DNA from: Seison nebaliae
Taxonomy: Eukaryota
Direction of reading: 5' to 3'
NCBI GenBank assembly: GCA_023231475.1
Contig: JALJEE010000685.1
Location: 62,001-93,429, forward strand
Length of the DNA: 31,429 nt
A model generated the notes under the pieces. It did no database searches. It worked only from the letters and a program-made list of their open reading frames with translations, and had not been told where the DNA came from. A program made the position numbers and the translations under genes. Shown here in pieces: positions 1 to 10,160 of the stretch; positions within the stretch are counted from its first letter, which is position 1; every line of letters begins with the position of its first letter.

Positions 1-778
1 ACGCAATATGTTCCATCCAAAAAGGTGGTGTAACCAACAGTTGCACTTCATCTAACTATCGAATATTAATCAATATTTTAACTATTTCTACAAATTGAGC
101 GACATCATCAACGATTAGATAAGATGTTACAATGATTGATGAATGATTAAAATACAAGTGACAAATAATTTTAAAGAATCGTCCTTCATGATTGTGTAAT
201 TAATAAATATGATTTCCTGTAAACATTGATTTCAGTTATGAAATATTTGGGGACCATTATTGGTGACAAGACGGGTTTGATAATACATGATGGAAAGTAA
301 GTGAGGGAGGAAAAAATTATTCAAAGTGAAAAATAAGAAAGAAAAATCTGTCATTAAATTGATAAGCTGAATGAATATGAAGATGCAATACGCATGGACT
401 AAACTTGAATTAATCGATCAGTGGAATTGAGAAGGAGAAGGTGATTTGTTTGTTGTGATATGTAATTTAAGACAGGATTGCATTACTACTTGAATGCATA
501 TCAAAGTAATAAATGTATATTAATGAAAATTATATTACTTTCGTGAAATTTCATATTATAATCTCATATGCAACATCATATTCTTCGAAATGCTTCAAAT
601 TATTGTTGATGTTTTCTGTTATTTGTTGGCGGTGCACAATTTACTAATCAATAATTTATCGCTTGTATTTATTTGATTTAGAGGGTAATCTGGTTAATAA
701 TAAGAATGATGAGTAATCAGAGAGAATTTGCTCAATGTTTATTCTTGTGAAAATAATATTTATCGAAATTAAAAAAAG

Positions 779-2056
779 ATGTTAAGATGTCGATTCTTTA
801 CGTTGATATCGAACAATATTCGTTCGACAATTAGTCAACTTTCGAGCATCGGTAATAGTGGAAGGAGATTAAAGAATATTACGGGAGATAAACCAATAAA
901 TTTACAGTTGAGTGATTTACCTTCATTTCCATCATTCATCTTGTTAAACAAACGTGATACGCTTAACTTATCAGGAAATGTCCATTGCTCCTTAATTGGT
1001 TACGAAACGGAGAGAATTGACGAATGCTTACACAAATTCCATTTATCCTCTAGACATATTTGGCAAATTGGGAAACGATTAACATCCAATATCGTCATGA
1101 TTCATTCAGCTGCATTAGGTTCCCATTTGTCTATTTGACGAAATTAATTTATTCTTTCTTCATTTATTTATTCTCCTTCTTTTTGATTCATATGAAAAAC
1201 AGGAATTAATGTTTGTCTCTATGATTCGAAATGTTCTACGAATTACGTCACGAAACTCATTTATCCATCCATCCAACATTTAAATATCAGAAATGGAAGA
1301 AATCATTTCAACAATTATCTGGATCATTTAGCTTTCTGTTCGATTAATCAATCAGATGCTATTGAAGCTATCGAACGATTGACGAATATGGAAGACGGAG
1401 GTACAACGATCATCAACGAGAAGATTATATATAATAAACATGATGAAAAAGAAATGAGACTTATCTCTTTTATACCCAAATCTTCTAATTCTTCACTCAA
1501 ATATGTTGTGACGATTCCATTCAACAAATTTAATCAGATCGGACGATTTATCCATTTGAATAATGGGAATGGACTACAACATATCGCTCTTTATTCATCA
1601 GCAATTATCGAACAAATTAAAGAGTTGAGGAAGGATAATCAAATTAAGTTCAGGAAAATTCCATCGGCCTATTACGAGAATTTAAGTGAATTAAATAAAG
1701 TTCGTTTTTTTCTTTCTAATTCGAATTAAACCATTTCACACTATTTTCTAAGGAGAATGAATTTATTTCCAGCAACGTCTCCGATTTCCAACACAACAAT
1801 ATTCTCATCGATTCAAATGATAATCAGTTATTAACTATTATTACTATTACTATTGTTACTTCAATCCTTCTTCAACATTTTCTTTTTTAGTCATTTAATG
1901 CAAATTTTTACTGAGAGCATTGGCCAAGGTAATGATGATTCGTTATTTCTCGAATTTATTCAAAGATCAAAAACTGCCAAAGGATTTGGAGAAGCTAATA
2001 TTAGAGCTTTATGGGATTCGATCGAATATTCGAAATTGAAAATGAGCGGGAAATGA
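779..2056 (+). CDS. HPDL: 4-hydroxyphenylpyruvate dioxygenase-like protein, ~358 aa; exons 779-1118, 1203-1699, 1753-1826, 1891-2056
   Basis: Three GT-AG introns join the ORFs in frame. Fe-binding His/His/Glu motifs LDHLAF, GLQHIAL and FLEFIQR are present. The C-terminal GFGEANIRALW resembles HPDL (GFGQGNIRALW) rather than HPD (GFGAGNFNSLF). The Arg/Ser-rich, acid-free N-terminus looks like a mitochondrial presequence. Confidence 0.82.
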
Positions 2057-3360
2057 TGATATTTTCAGCATTTTTGTACTTGTTCCAATTGGGTTAATGC
2101 GAATAATTAATAATGATCCTGATTAAATCGTTATGTTAATTATACCCCTTAAAATTATTAAGAACTTTAATTATTTTCGAGTTTATATCTTGTGTTTTAT
2201 TACAATCAACGAATGTAGAAAAGAATAAAGAGTACGTTCATTTTAATACAATATCTGTTCATTTAATCATTGGAATAATAAACATTTATGTTTCTGTTCC
2301 AATAATTTTCCTATCAGACTTTCCATTTATCCTGAAGAACATTGAAAGAAGAAATTTATACATAACTGTTAATTGTAGTTCGATGTTAAGGAAAAGAATA
2401 ATAATAATAACTTTCTAGTTAATTCTAACAATGTTTTCAAGTCGGTAAATCGGTCAGTGTCGAACAAGAACTGTAAGTAACTGTTGTTAGACTGGTATAG
2501 TTGGAAATGTGAAGTGATATGGAAGAAGTAGAATATGATATTTTATTGACGACTTCTTTTAAACAGACACATTTCAAATAGAACAATAGATATGGATGAA
2601 TAATAAAATTATTCAAAAAACTTCGGAAGAACAGTAACATGATACATATATTGCTATAAGAACAACAGAAAATGTAGAAGAAATAACATATAAATTAGAT
2701 TATTCCCGAAGTATTGACCGTCACTTTTCATTCCTGTGAATTATTTGAGTCACGATAATTTCAGTTGAGTAACAAATGGAAAATTGTAGAATGAGAAGAA
2801 TGAAAATTATTAGTATTGTTGTGAAGTTCACATGAAATGCGATAACTTTTCCCAGAATTATTATCATTTTACACAACTTGTCAATTTCTGCAACAGAAAA
2901 CTGACGGAATATTCTAACAAAAATATTTCTTCCGTAGAATTGACTTATCGTACATAAGTGAACGATATACAATAACTCTACCCAAATAGGAAATTCTCTT
3001 CAAAATTCTTCTAATAAAACGTCCCATTTTCATTTATTATTCATATGAAATACGTCAAAGTTATTGTACATTTCTTAATTATATTTTCCTTCTCTTCCGC
3101 TTACCGTCACAGATATTGAACGATAAATTACTATAAATAACTGATTCTATAATAATACACTATCTATATTCGATTTTTAAAATGTTATACAATTTGTATA
3201 ATTTATACATATAACGGTTGGTGAGTGCAAGAAACCTCCTTACGTGTCCTCTAAATTAACGGATATTTAGTTGACAAATTTTCTTCATAAACATTTAGAG
3301 AACGAAAGTCGATGTAATAATATGAAAAGTTGGAAAGAAATTCTTTAAAGAAAAACTATT

Positions 3361-4593
3361 ATGGCGATTGATTGTATAAAACTTTTGAATATTATATATC
3401 CATGTATATTGATTCCAATCGGTACATTCGGTAACATCCATATCATTTTGCTCATAATTTTCAAAATGAAACGAGTACATTGTAATCAACCACACTATTC
3501 ATCATGCATATCATTAAACTCCTCGATCATCAGTTCAACAATTCGAAGAAAATCAGAAAATTTGAAAAGTTCTATTTCAAATAAAAATTCTTCGAATGAT
3601 CTTAAAAAATTAGAAATCTTGAAAAACTCCGTAATGAAACGAACATCTTCCTTCACCATCAATAATTATCCATCTCAATACCATTCAGGTTATTGTTGTT
3701 GTTGTTGTATTAAGCGGAAGAATTACTTGCAAATAAAAAAAAAGAAGAAATTTATATCAACCTCATTCTTCTTAATATCACTCGCAATATGTGATACTCT
3801 TGTATTGTACGTTACACCAATTCGACGATTACTCAAATATGCTTTCCACTATGATTTACGTGATCATTATAAATGGTATTGTAGATTATCCAAATGTTTC
3901 GATTATACAGTCTCATCTACATCATTTTGGCTTTTAGCAATCATTTGCATCGATCGATTATGGGCATTGAAGAAGCAACAACAACATTCCAAATACGTCA
4001 CAATGAAAAGTTCATTAATTATTTTATTCGTTTTAATTGGAAGCGAATTCTTATTACATTCTCATTATCTTTACTTTTACGCTTATTGGGAACATAATAA
4101 TGGAACGTCAATTCTTTTGTGTGATCCATTACCACAACAAATAACTTATGTCTTCTATTATAATCATGTCCATCAATGGTTGGGTTTCACATTGAACATG
4201 ATTATTCCTCTCATCATTTTAATTGTTGGATCGATCTTTATTATCCGAGTGATCATTTTGAATAAGAGAAATTTGAACAAATTATGCGAACAAGATGTTA
4301 ATAATTGGCAACGAGATAGAAATAAAAGGGAAATAACTAAAATGTTATTGGCGACTATTATCGTATTCATTATTTCCGTACTTCCAAGATATGTCGATCG
4401 TGCATATTTCGACCAAATATCGACATCATCCGATTTTGATGGAGCATTATTCGATGCGGTCAGTAGTACTCTTTTATATGTTCAACATTCGATCAATTTT
4501 TATATTTTTCTAATCTTCAATCATTCGATTCGTGCCCAATTTCTTATTTTATATAATTGCTCCAATTGTTTTCATAAAGAAATAAACTCATGA
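3361..4593 (+). CDS. Class A (rhodopsin-like) 7TM GPCR of the invertebrate neuropeptide-receptor-like (FMRFamide/sex-peptide receptor-type) group, 410 aa, single exon
   Basis: TM1 GTFGN, TM2 SLAICD, ECL1/TM3 WYC, TM3 IDRL (DRY equivalent), TM6 REITKMLL...SVLP, TM7 HSINFYIF. Confidence 0.88.
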   Translation: MAIDCIKLLNIIYPCILIPIGTFGNIHIILLIIFKMKRVHCNQPHYSSCISLNSSIISSTIRRKSENLKSSISNKNSSNDLKKLEILKNSVMKRTSSFTINNYPSQYHSGYCCCCCIKRKNYLQIKKKKKFISTSFFLISLAICDTLVLYVTPIRRLLKYAFHYDLRDHYKWYCRLSKCFDYTVSSTSFWLLAIICIDRLWALKKQQQHSKYVTMKSSLIILFVLIGSEFLLHSHYLYFYAYWEHNNGTSILLCDPLPQQITYVFYYNHVHQWLGFTLNMIIPLIILIVGSIFIIRVIILNKRNLNKLCEQDVNNWQRDRNKREITKMLLATIIVFIISVLPRYVDRAYFDQISTSSDFDGALFDAVSSTLLYVQHSINFYIFLIFNHSIRAQFLILYNCSNCFHKEINS

Positions 4594-5308
4594 AAGGAAT
4601 TATTTATATTATAGTATAAAATGTGATATAATAATTATAGTATCATATTTATTCTGGTTTTATTTCAACATTAACAATTGATACTTATTATTTATAATTT
4701 CCCAAATCATTCTTGTTCTATGATATTATCATTCTATATCATTATCCATTATCAATATCGAAAAGTGTTTTAAAGTTGAATAAATAAGATCTATTAAATA
4801 TGGTGGAACTAAATATCAATAAATTACATTGAATACATTAGAAAGATGTTTATTGTAAACTCATTATCGTTTTCTTCGTTTATCCGTCGACGAAACATTA
4901 ACCAACTTTTGTTTTCTTTTTCCACATACACACGTAATTAAAATCTCAAAATTTATATTTCTAACGATTATAAGTTTGTTTATTTTAGAAAGAAAATACT
5001 ATTGAAATACATCTTGTTCCTTAAATGTATATAATTGATGTTGTTTGATTATCGAAGTTTTAACACAAAAATTTTCCGTTTAATTTAATATATTTAATTC
5101 CTATATTATAATAACAATAAAATATTTTGATGAATAATCATTAACGTTTTATTTAAAATTATTAAAGAAATAATAAATGAAAATTTTCTTTAAAAAATAT
5201 TCCGAAAAATTTATATATTTTCATAAGTACATTAAGAAGTCTCTAATTGGAATATTCATTCGACAATAACTTGTAGTTTAGATTAAAACAATTTTCCAAA
5301 AATTTTGT

Positions 5309-7388
5309 TTATTTTTTATTCTTGTCTGATCCATCTGTTGTTTCAGCTTCCGGAGTTTCTTCTGTCTTTTCACCGGATGATTGATTCTGTTCTTTCTCCT
5401 GTCTCATCTATTTTGTTGAGATTAATAATAAATTATTAAGGATAAAAATAGGAAACCTTATTGTATGCACCTTCAAATATCTTCATTGATTTCTGTTGAA
5501 ATTCACTGACAGCCGTTCGAAGACTTTCAGCTGATTCATTGTCTTTATTGTCTAGTTTCGATCGGAGTGTTTGTAATTCTTTTTGTAAATCATCAAACTA
5601 ATTAAGTTAACATATAATTATAAAGAGAGAAATAAAGAAATTAACATTATTTTTCTCAATATGTTCTTTGTATTTATTCAATTCCGTTTCAGTGGAATTA
5701 ACAATACTAAGTCCAGCATTATATTGTTCAATTAATTCTTTCTTCTTCTTATCTTCTTCAGCGAATTTCTCCGATTCTCTTACCATATTTTCAATTTCAT
5801 CTTTGCTCAATCCACCTGACGATTGAATAACAATTTGTTGTTCTTTTCCCGTTGCCTTGTCTCTTGCCGATACGTTGACAATTCCATTAGCATCAATATC
5901 GAATGTTACTTCGATTTGAGGTACGCCACGAGGAGCTGGTGGAATTCCCATTAATTGGAATTGTCCCAACATTTTATTGTCAGTAGCCATTTCTCGTTCT
6001 CCTTGATGCACTTTAATTTCCACTTGTGTCTGTCCATCAGCAGCAGTACTGAAAACTTGACCTTTCTTTGTGGGAATAGTTGTATTTCTTTGGATGAGTT
6101 TAGTGAATACACCACCCAATGTCTCAATACCTAATGACAATGGAGTGACGTCCAATAGAAGAACATCAGTGACATTACCGGCCAAAACGCCTGCTTGAAT
6201 TGCAGCACCCATTGCAACAGCTTCATCCGGATTTACTGCCTTACTTGCAGGTCGTTTGAAGACTTCTTGTACTAATTCTTGAACTTTTGGCATACGAGTC
6301 ATACCTCCGACTAGTAGAACTTCTTTGATATCTGACATCGATCCAATATCAGCATCTTTCGCTGCTTTTTCACAAGGTTTCCTTGTACGTTCAATTAAAT
6401 CTTTCACCAAATTCTCAAATTGAGCTCGAGTCATTTTCAAATTAAGATGTTTCGGCCCACTAGAATCGGCAGTGATGTACGGTAAATTAATTTCAGTTGT
6501 GAGAGAAGATGATAATTCTATCTTTGCTTTTTCCGCCGCTTCTCGTACTCGCTGCATTGCTTGTGCATCGTTCGAAAGATCGATACCTTGTTCTTTTTTG
6601 AAATTTTTAGCAATGTGTTTGATAAGTGTATTATCGAAATCTTCTCCACCTAAAAACGTGTCACCATTCGTTGATCGAACTTCGAAAACGGAATTCTGAA
6701 TTTCTAATACACTTACATCGAATGTTCCTCCTCCCAAATCATAAACAGCGATAATCTTGTCAGCATTATCCTTATCTAATCCATATGCCAATGCGGCAGC
6801 TGTTGGTTCATTGATGACACGAAGTACATTCATACCTGCAATTTGACCTGCATCTTTTGTCGCTTGTCTTTGGGAATCGTTGAAATAAGCTGGAACGGTT
6901 ATGACGGCGTTCTGAACTTTCGTTCCCAAATAATTATCAGCCGTATCTCTCATCTTTCCAAGTACATAAGCGCCTACTTGACTGGGCGAATATCGTTTAT
7001 CGTCAGGTGTCTTCACCCAAGCATCTCCATTTTGAGCTCGAACAATTTCATAGGAAACTGATGACATTTCTTTCTTCACTTCTGCATCATCAAATCGACG
7101 ACCAATTAATCGTTTGGTGGCATAAAGTGTTCCTTTTGGATTAGTGACTGCTTGTCGTTTAGCTGGTGTTCCAACTAACATTTCTCCATCTTTGGCAAAA
7201 GCAACAACTGAAGGAGTGGTTCGAGCACCTTCTGCATTCTCTAAAACTTTCGGCATTTTCCCTTCCATAATTGAGACGCATGAATTTGTTGTTCCGAGAT
7301 CAATTCCAATAACTGGTCCTTTTACATCACTGGCGAGAGTTCGTCGAAATAAATTCGCTCGAAATAGATTCTTTCCTAATCGTAACAT
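5309..7388 (-). CDS. HSPA9: Mitochondrial Hsp70 (mortalin), ~660 aa; exons 7388-5646, 5597-5457, 5407-5309
   Basis: [19 protein letters not shown] and [12 protein letters not shown] signatures, GDAWV and YSPSQVG mitochondrial/DnaK-type motifs, and a basic N-terminal presequence. Two phase-0 introns (48 and 49 nt) restore the helical lid and charged tail. Confidence 0.96.
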
Positions 7389-7489
7389 TTTCTATTAGAT
7401 TTCTAATAAAAATTAAAAATATAAGTTCTTTCATCAATTCTTCTATTATTCATATGAATGATGATGTGAAAATTTTGAGTAAAAAGTCG

Positions 7490-7504
7490 AGAATATTCTA
7501 GAAA
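7490..7504. promoter_or_regulatory. Heat-shock element (three inverted nGAAn units)
   Basis: aGAAt aTTCt aGAAa lies about 100 nt upstream of the mtHsp70 ATG. Confidence 0.75.
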
Positions 7505-7624
7505 ATTTACGGTCGACGAATAAGATGAAAAACTTTTCAGTCACATTATAACAGACTGATCGAGTTTTGTTATTTCAAATATATTATGTAAAACCTGTGA
7601 AGTATTGCAAATGATGAAATAGTC

Positions 7625-8863
7625 TTATCTGCACATGTGATAGCCTTACATTTGAATTTAAAGAAATTGAATATCATCATATCTCATATCTAAAACGCAT
7701 ATCAAAATTGGAAAATAGTGACTCTTATGAATTATTACCATTACATTTAATTAATAATGGTCCCATCTTTTAACAGAATCGTTCATTTTCTGAAATGTCT
7801 GTCCGAAGTTGAATCTATGTCCGAAATAAAAGCAATTCCAAAGATGATATTTCACAGATTCAAGATACATATCAGCTCATTCTAAAATTTTTTGGGTCTC
7901 TTTTGAGGTATAAAGAGACCGGCTTACGGGAATTTAGGATTACAATAAGAAGGATAAAAACAGATGATAATCCTGTTATCTGAAATTTACTCAACATATT
8001 GAAAAGTGATTAGTTATTGTAGTGCCATGAAATAACCAATTCGTTTAATAGATTTTTGTTTGATGCGTGGTTCCGAGTTGAACTGTTGATGTTTTATCGG
8101 TGAAATAATTTTATTGAAAGATATTAATGAAAAATATCTGTATTATAACGATGAAACGCATAATATAACTGTTTTATTTAAAGTCTTATCTGACATCATC
8201 TCGTTCTAGTTCAAGCATTAGAGAACCTGTGATAGATATTATAAAAGGAGTTATATAAGTATATGTTATGCATATCGATCTTGTATACTAATTTTAATTA
8301 TTTATCTTATTTAAAATCAGTTTATTTACTTTAATAAGATAAAAGCATCAGATAAAATAAAATTTTCTCTTAAACTAAAGATAACTTTTTGTTCCATTCA
8401 AATATCATCTATAATTGTCAGATAAAAGAAAATATTAAACTGCAAATTCAGAACCATTAAATTTGTGTATTGGTCCCCAACAGATAGAAGAAGAAAATGT
8501 TTTAGTTAATTCAATTGGAGAAAGATAATTCTACCATGGGTTTTAAGTAAATTGATTTTTAATTTTAATATTAATAATGTAAATTTAAAAATATTCTAAC
8601 AAATGTTTACTTCTTCGTTTATACTGAATCAATCTTTTATCATGCTTCGAATTTAGTTCCCATCCATTAAACATTGTAACATGTGGAATTATTGAAGAAA
8701 CTTAGAAGAAATATGATTATACGTTTTATAAATCATTATTCGATTTGGTCATTATTTCCTTCGCATTCAATAATATTTAATTGTTTTTCAACAATATTTT
8801 TATCGGGAAAAAAGTCATATAACTTCTCCTTTTTCTCATAATAAACCGAAATAACACTTATCT
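7625..8863. promoter_or_regulatory. Cluster of GATA-type sites upstream of the Kazal gene
   Basis: Ten AGATAA/TTATCT hexamers at 7625, 7976, 8186, 8302, 8337, 8350, 8379, 8420, 8523 and 8858. Confidence 0.35.
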
Positions 8864-8927
8864 TCTCCTTTTATTTTCTATCCAATACTGTTGTAGTATT
8901 ATTTTATTTTTCCAGGAAATTTACAAG

Positions 8928-9359
8928 ATGAATAATTTTTTCGTCAATCTCCTAGTGTTCGCATGTGCGTTCCAAATTGGATGGACTGGTAAAAGTTTCC
9001 TTTCTTCGTTTACTTTAAAACTGAACTTTCAATAAGGCTGTGGGAAACGGTGTCCTAAAATATTGAGTCCAGTATGTGGTTCCAACGGCAAGAGTTATAC
9101 CAACAATTGTATATTAGAAATTGCTCAATGTGAAAATGGTTCTATAACAAAAAAACATAACGGATTATGTGGTTCTCAAGTAAATCAGGCTACAGAACCT
9201 GTTACATCAGAGTGTAACAAAAATTGTAGTGACAATGTCCGTCCAATATGTGGATCGGACGGTCGTAGCTACCAGAATAAATGTGAGTTTAAAAACGCAA
9301 AATGTAGAAATCCTTCGTTGACAAAGAAATCCGATGGAAATTGTATGGTACCATATTAG
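8928..9359 (+). CDS. Secreted two-domain Kazal-type serine protease inhibitor, ~127 aa; exons 8928-8988, 9037-9359
   Basis: A signal-peptide exon ([20 protein letters not shown]) and a 48-nt phase-1 intron precede two complete 6-Cys Kazal domains ([24 protein letters not shown]...; [24 protein letters not shown]...). Confidence 0.92.
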
Positions 9360-9595
9360 ACGGCAAACATCTAGAAAATATTCTCCTTAATAATTTATCA
9401 AAATCAGAGAATACTATTTTAAAATGAGTTATCAGTTGAATGATCTTTTTTTCTTCTCACTGCCGCAAAAGAACGGACAATCATGCACTTCAATTTTAAA
9501 TCTCGTCCACGACAACTTGTTTGCCACTTTAATCATTTGAAATAATAAAACACATTATATTACGTTTTTTATTTATTTATTTATTATTTTTTTTT

Positions 9596-10100
9596 TTATT
9601 TAGGATGAATCTTAGTTTGGGCGATTTTGGATGCATTCAAATAAAACAAAGGAATTAAGATTTGAGATAATATGACGGCCATGAGAAAGATGTATTGAGA
9701 AAGAATATCGGGAACACGGTTATCGATTGAAAAATAGGATATTAAGGATTCATCATCTTCCACTGTGTTGGGAAGTGGAATCTCGTAATAGTGGCAGAAA
9801 AAGTAGACAGGATTAGTTAATAGCTCACACTATTCGTAAGTCGGATATCGGAAGTCAGATAATTTTATGTTTTGAATGAGAGCAATAAATCTTGGATAAT
9901 ATTGGATAGGGCTTTTAGCATGAAAGCGTTGGTTGATGAGGAAGGAGATGCAGGCTGTTTTTTTTGAATAATTTATACCATTAATGAGAGATTTTCAATT
10001 TAATAATGACATACGTATTAATAGGAATATAAAATTAAAATAAAATTTATAAAATAATTTTTAATCTTACTTGAGCCGTAGGAAGTATTATTGCAATTTT
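9596..10100 (-). pseudogene. Probable decayed gene fragment of unknown family; exon-like 10100-10071 and 9954-9596 with one in-frame TAG at 9832-9830
   Basis: A GTAAGA...CAG intron (10070-9955) joins in phase. The ~130-codon frame is broken only by one TAG and ends in a hydrophobic segment (YIFLMAVILSQILIPLFYL). No start exon was found. Confidence 0.35.
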
Positions 10101-10111
10101 CTATTTAAATG

Positions 10112-10158
10112 GTAAGTTAAAAATTGATTTTCTTTTATTTCATTTTCATCAATTTTAG
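10112..10158 (+). other. Probable 47-nt 5'UTR intron of the 643-aa gene
   Basis: GTAAGT donor, pyrimidine tract, and TTTTAG acceptor 2 nt before ATG 10161. The length is typical for this window. Confidence 0.55.
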
Positions 10159-10160
10159 TT

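Noticed and set aside
1..570. Possible minus-strand exons with a 31-nt GTT...TAG intron-like segment at 82-52
   Set aside because: The joined frame hits repeated stops upstream and shows no recognisable motif; the window edge prevents a model.
2290..3045. Minus-strand ORFs 2437-2640 and 2721-2972 and a 30-nt intron-like segment at 2361-2332
   Set aside because: Could not be joined into a consistent stop-free model; composition fits AT-rich chance ORFs or UTR.
6472..7398. Plus-strand ORFs inside Hsp70
   Set aside because: Antisense shadows of a conserved gene; well known for Hsp70.
7895..7920. Hairpin GGTCTCTTT-N8-AAAGAGACC
   Set aside because: Isolated 9-bp stem with no Helitron CTRR end or RNA-gene context; compatible with chance.
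9830..9832. Stop-codon reassignment as an explanation for in-frame stops
   Set aside because: TAA (calmodulin, Hsp70), TGA (BI-1, zeta-COP) and TAG (Kazal) all serve as terminators, and conserved genes have no internal stops after splicing.
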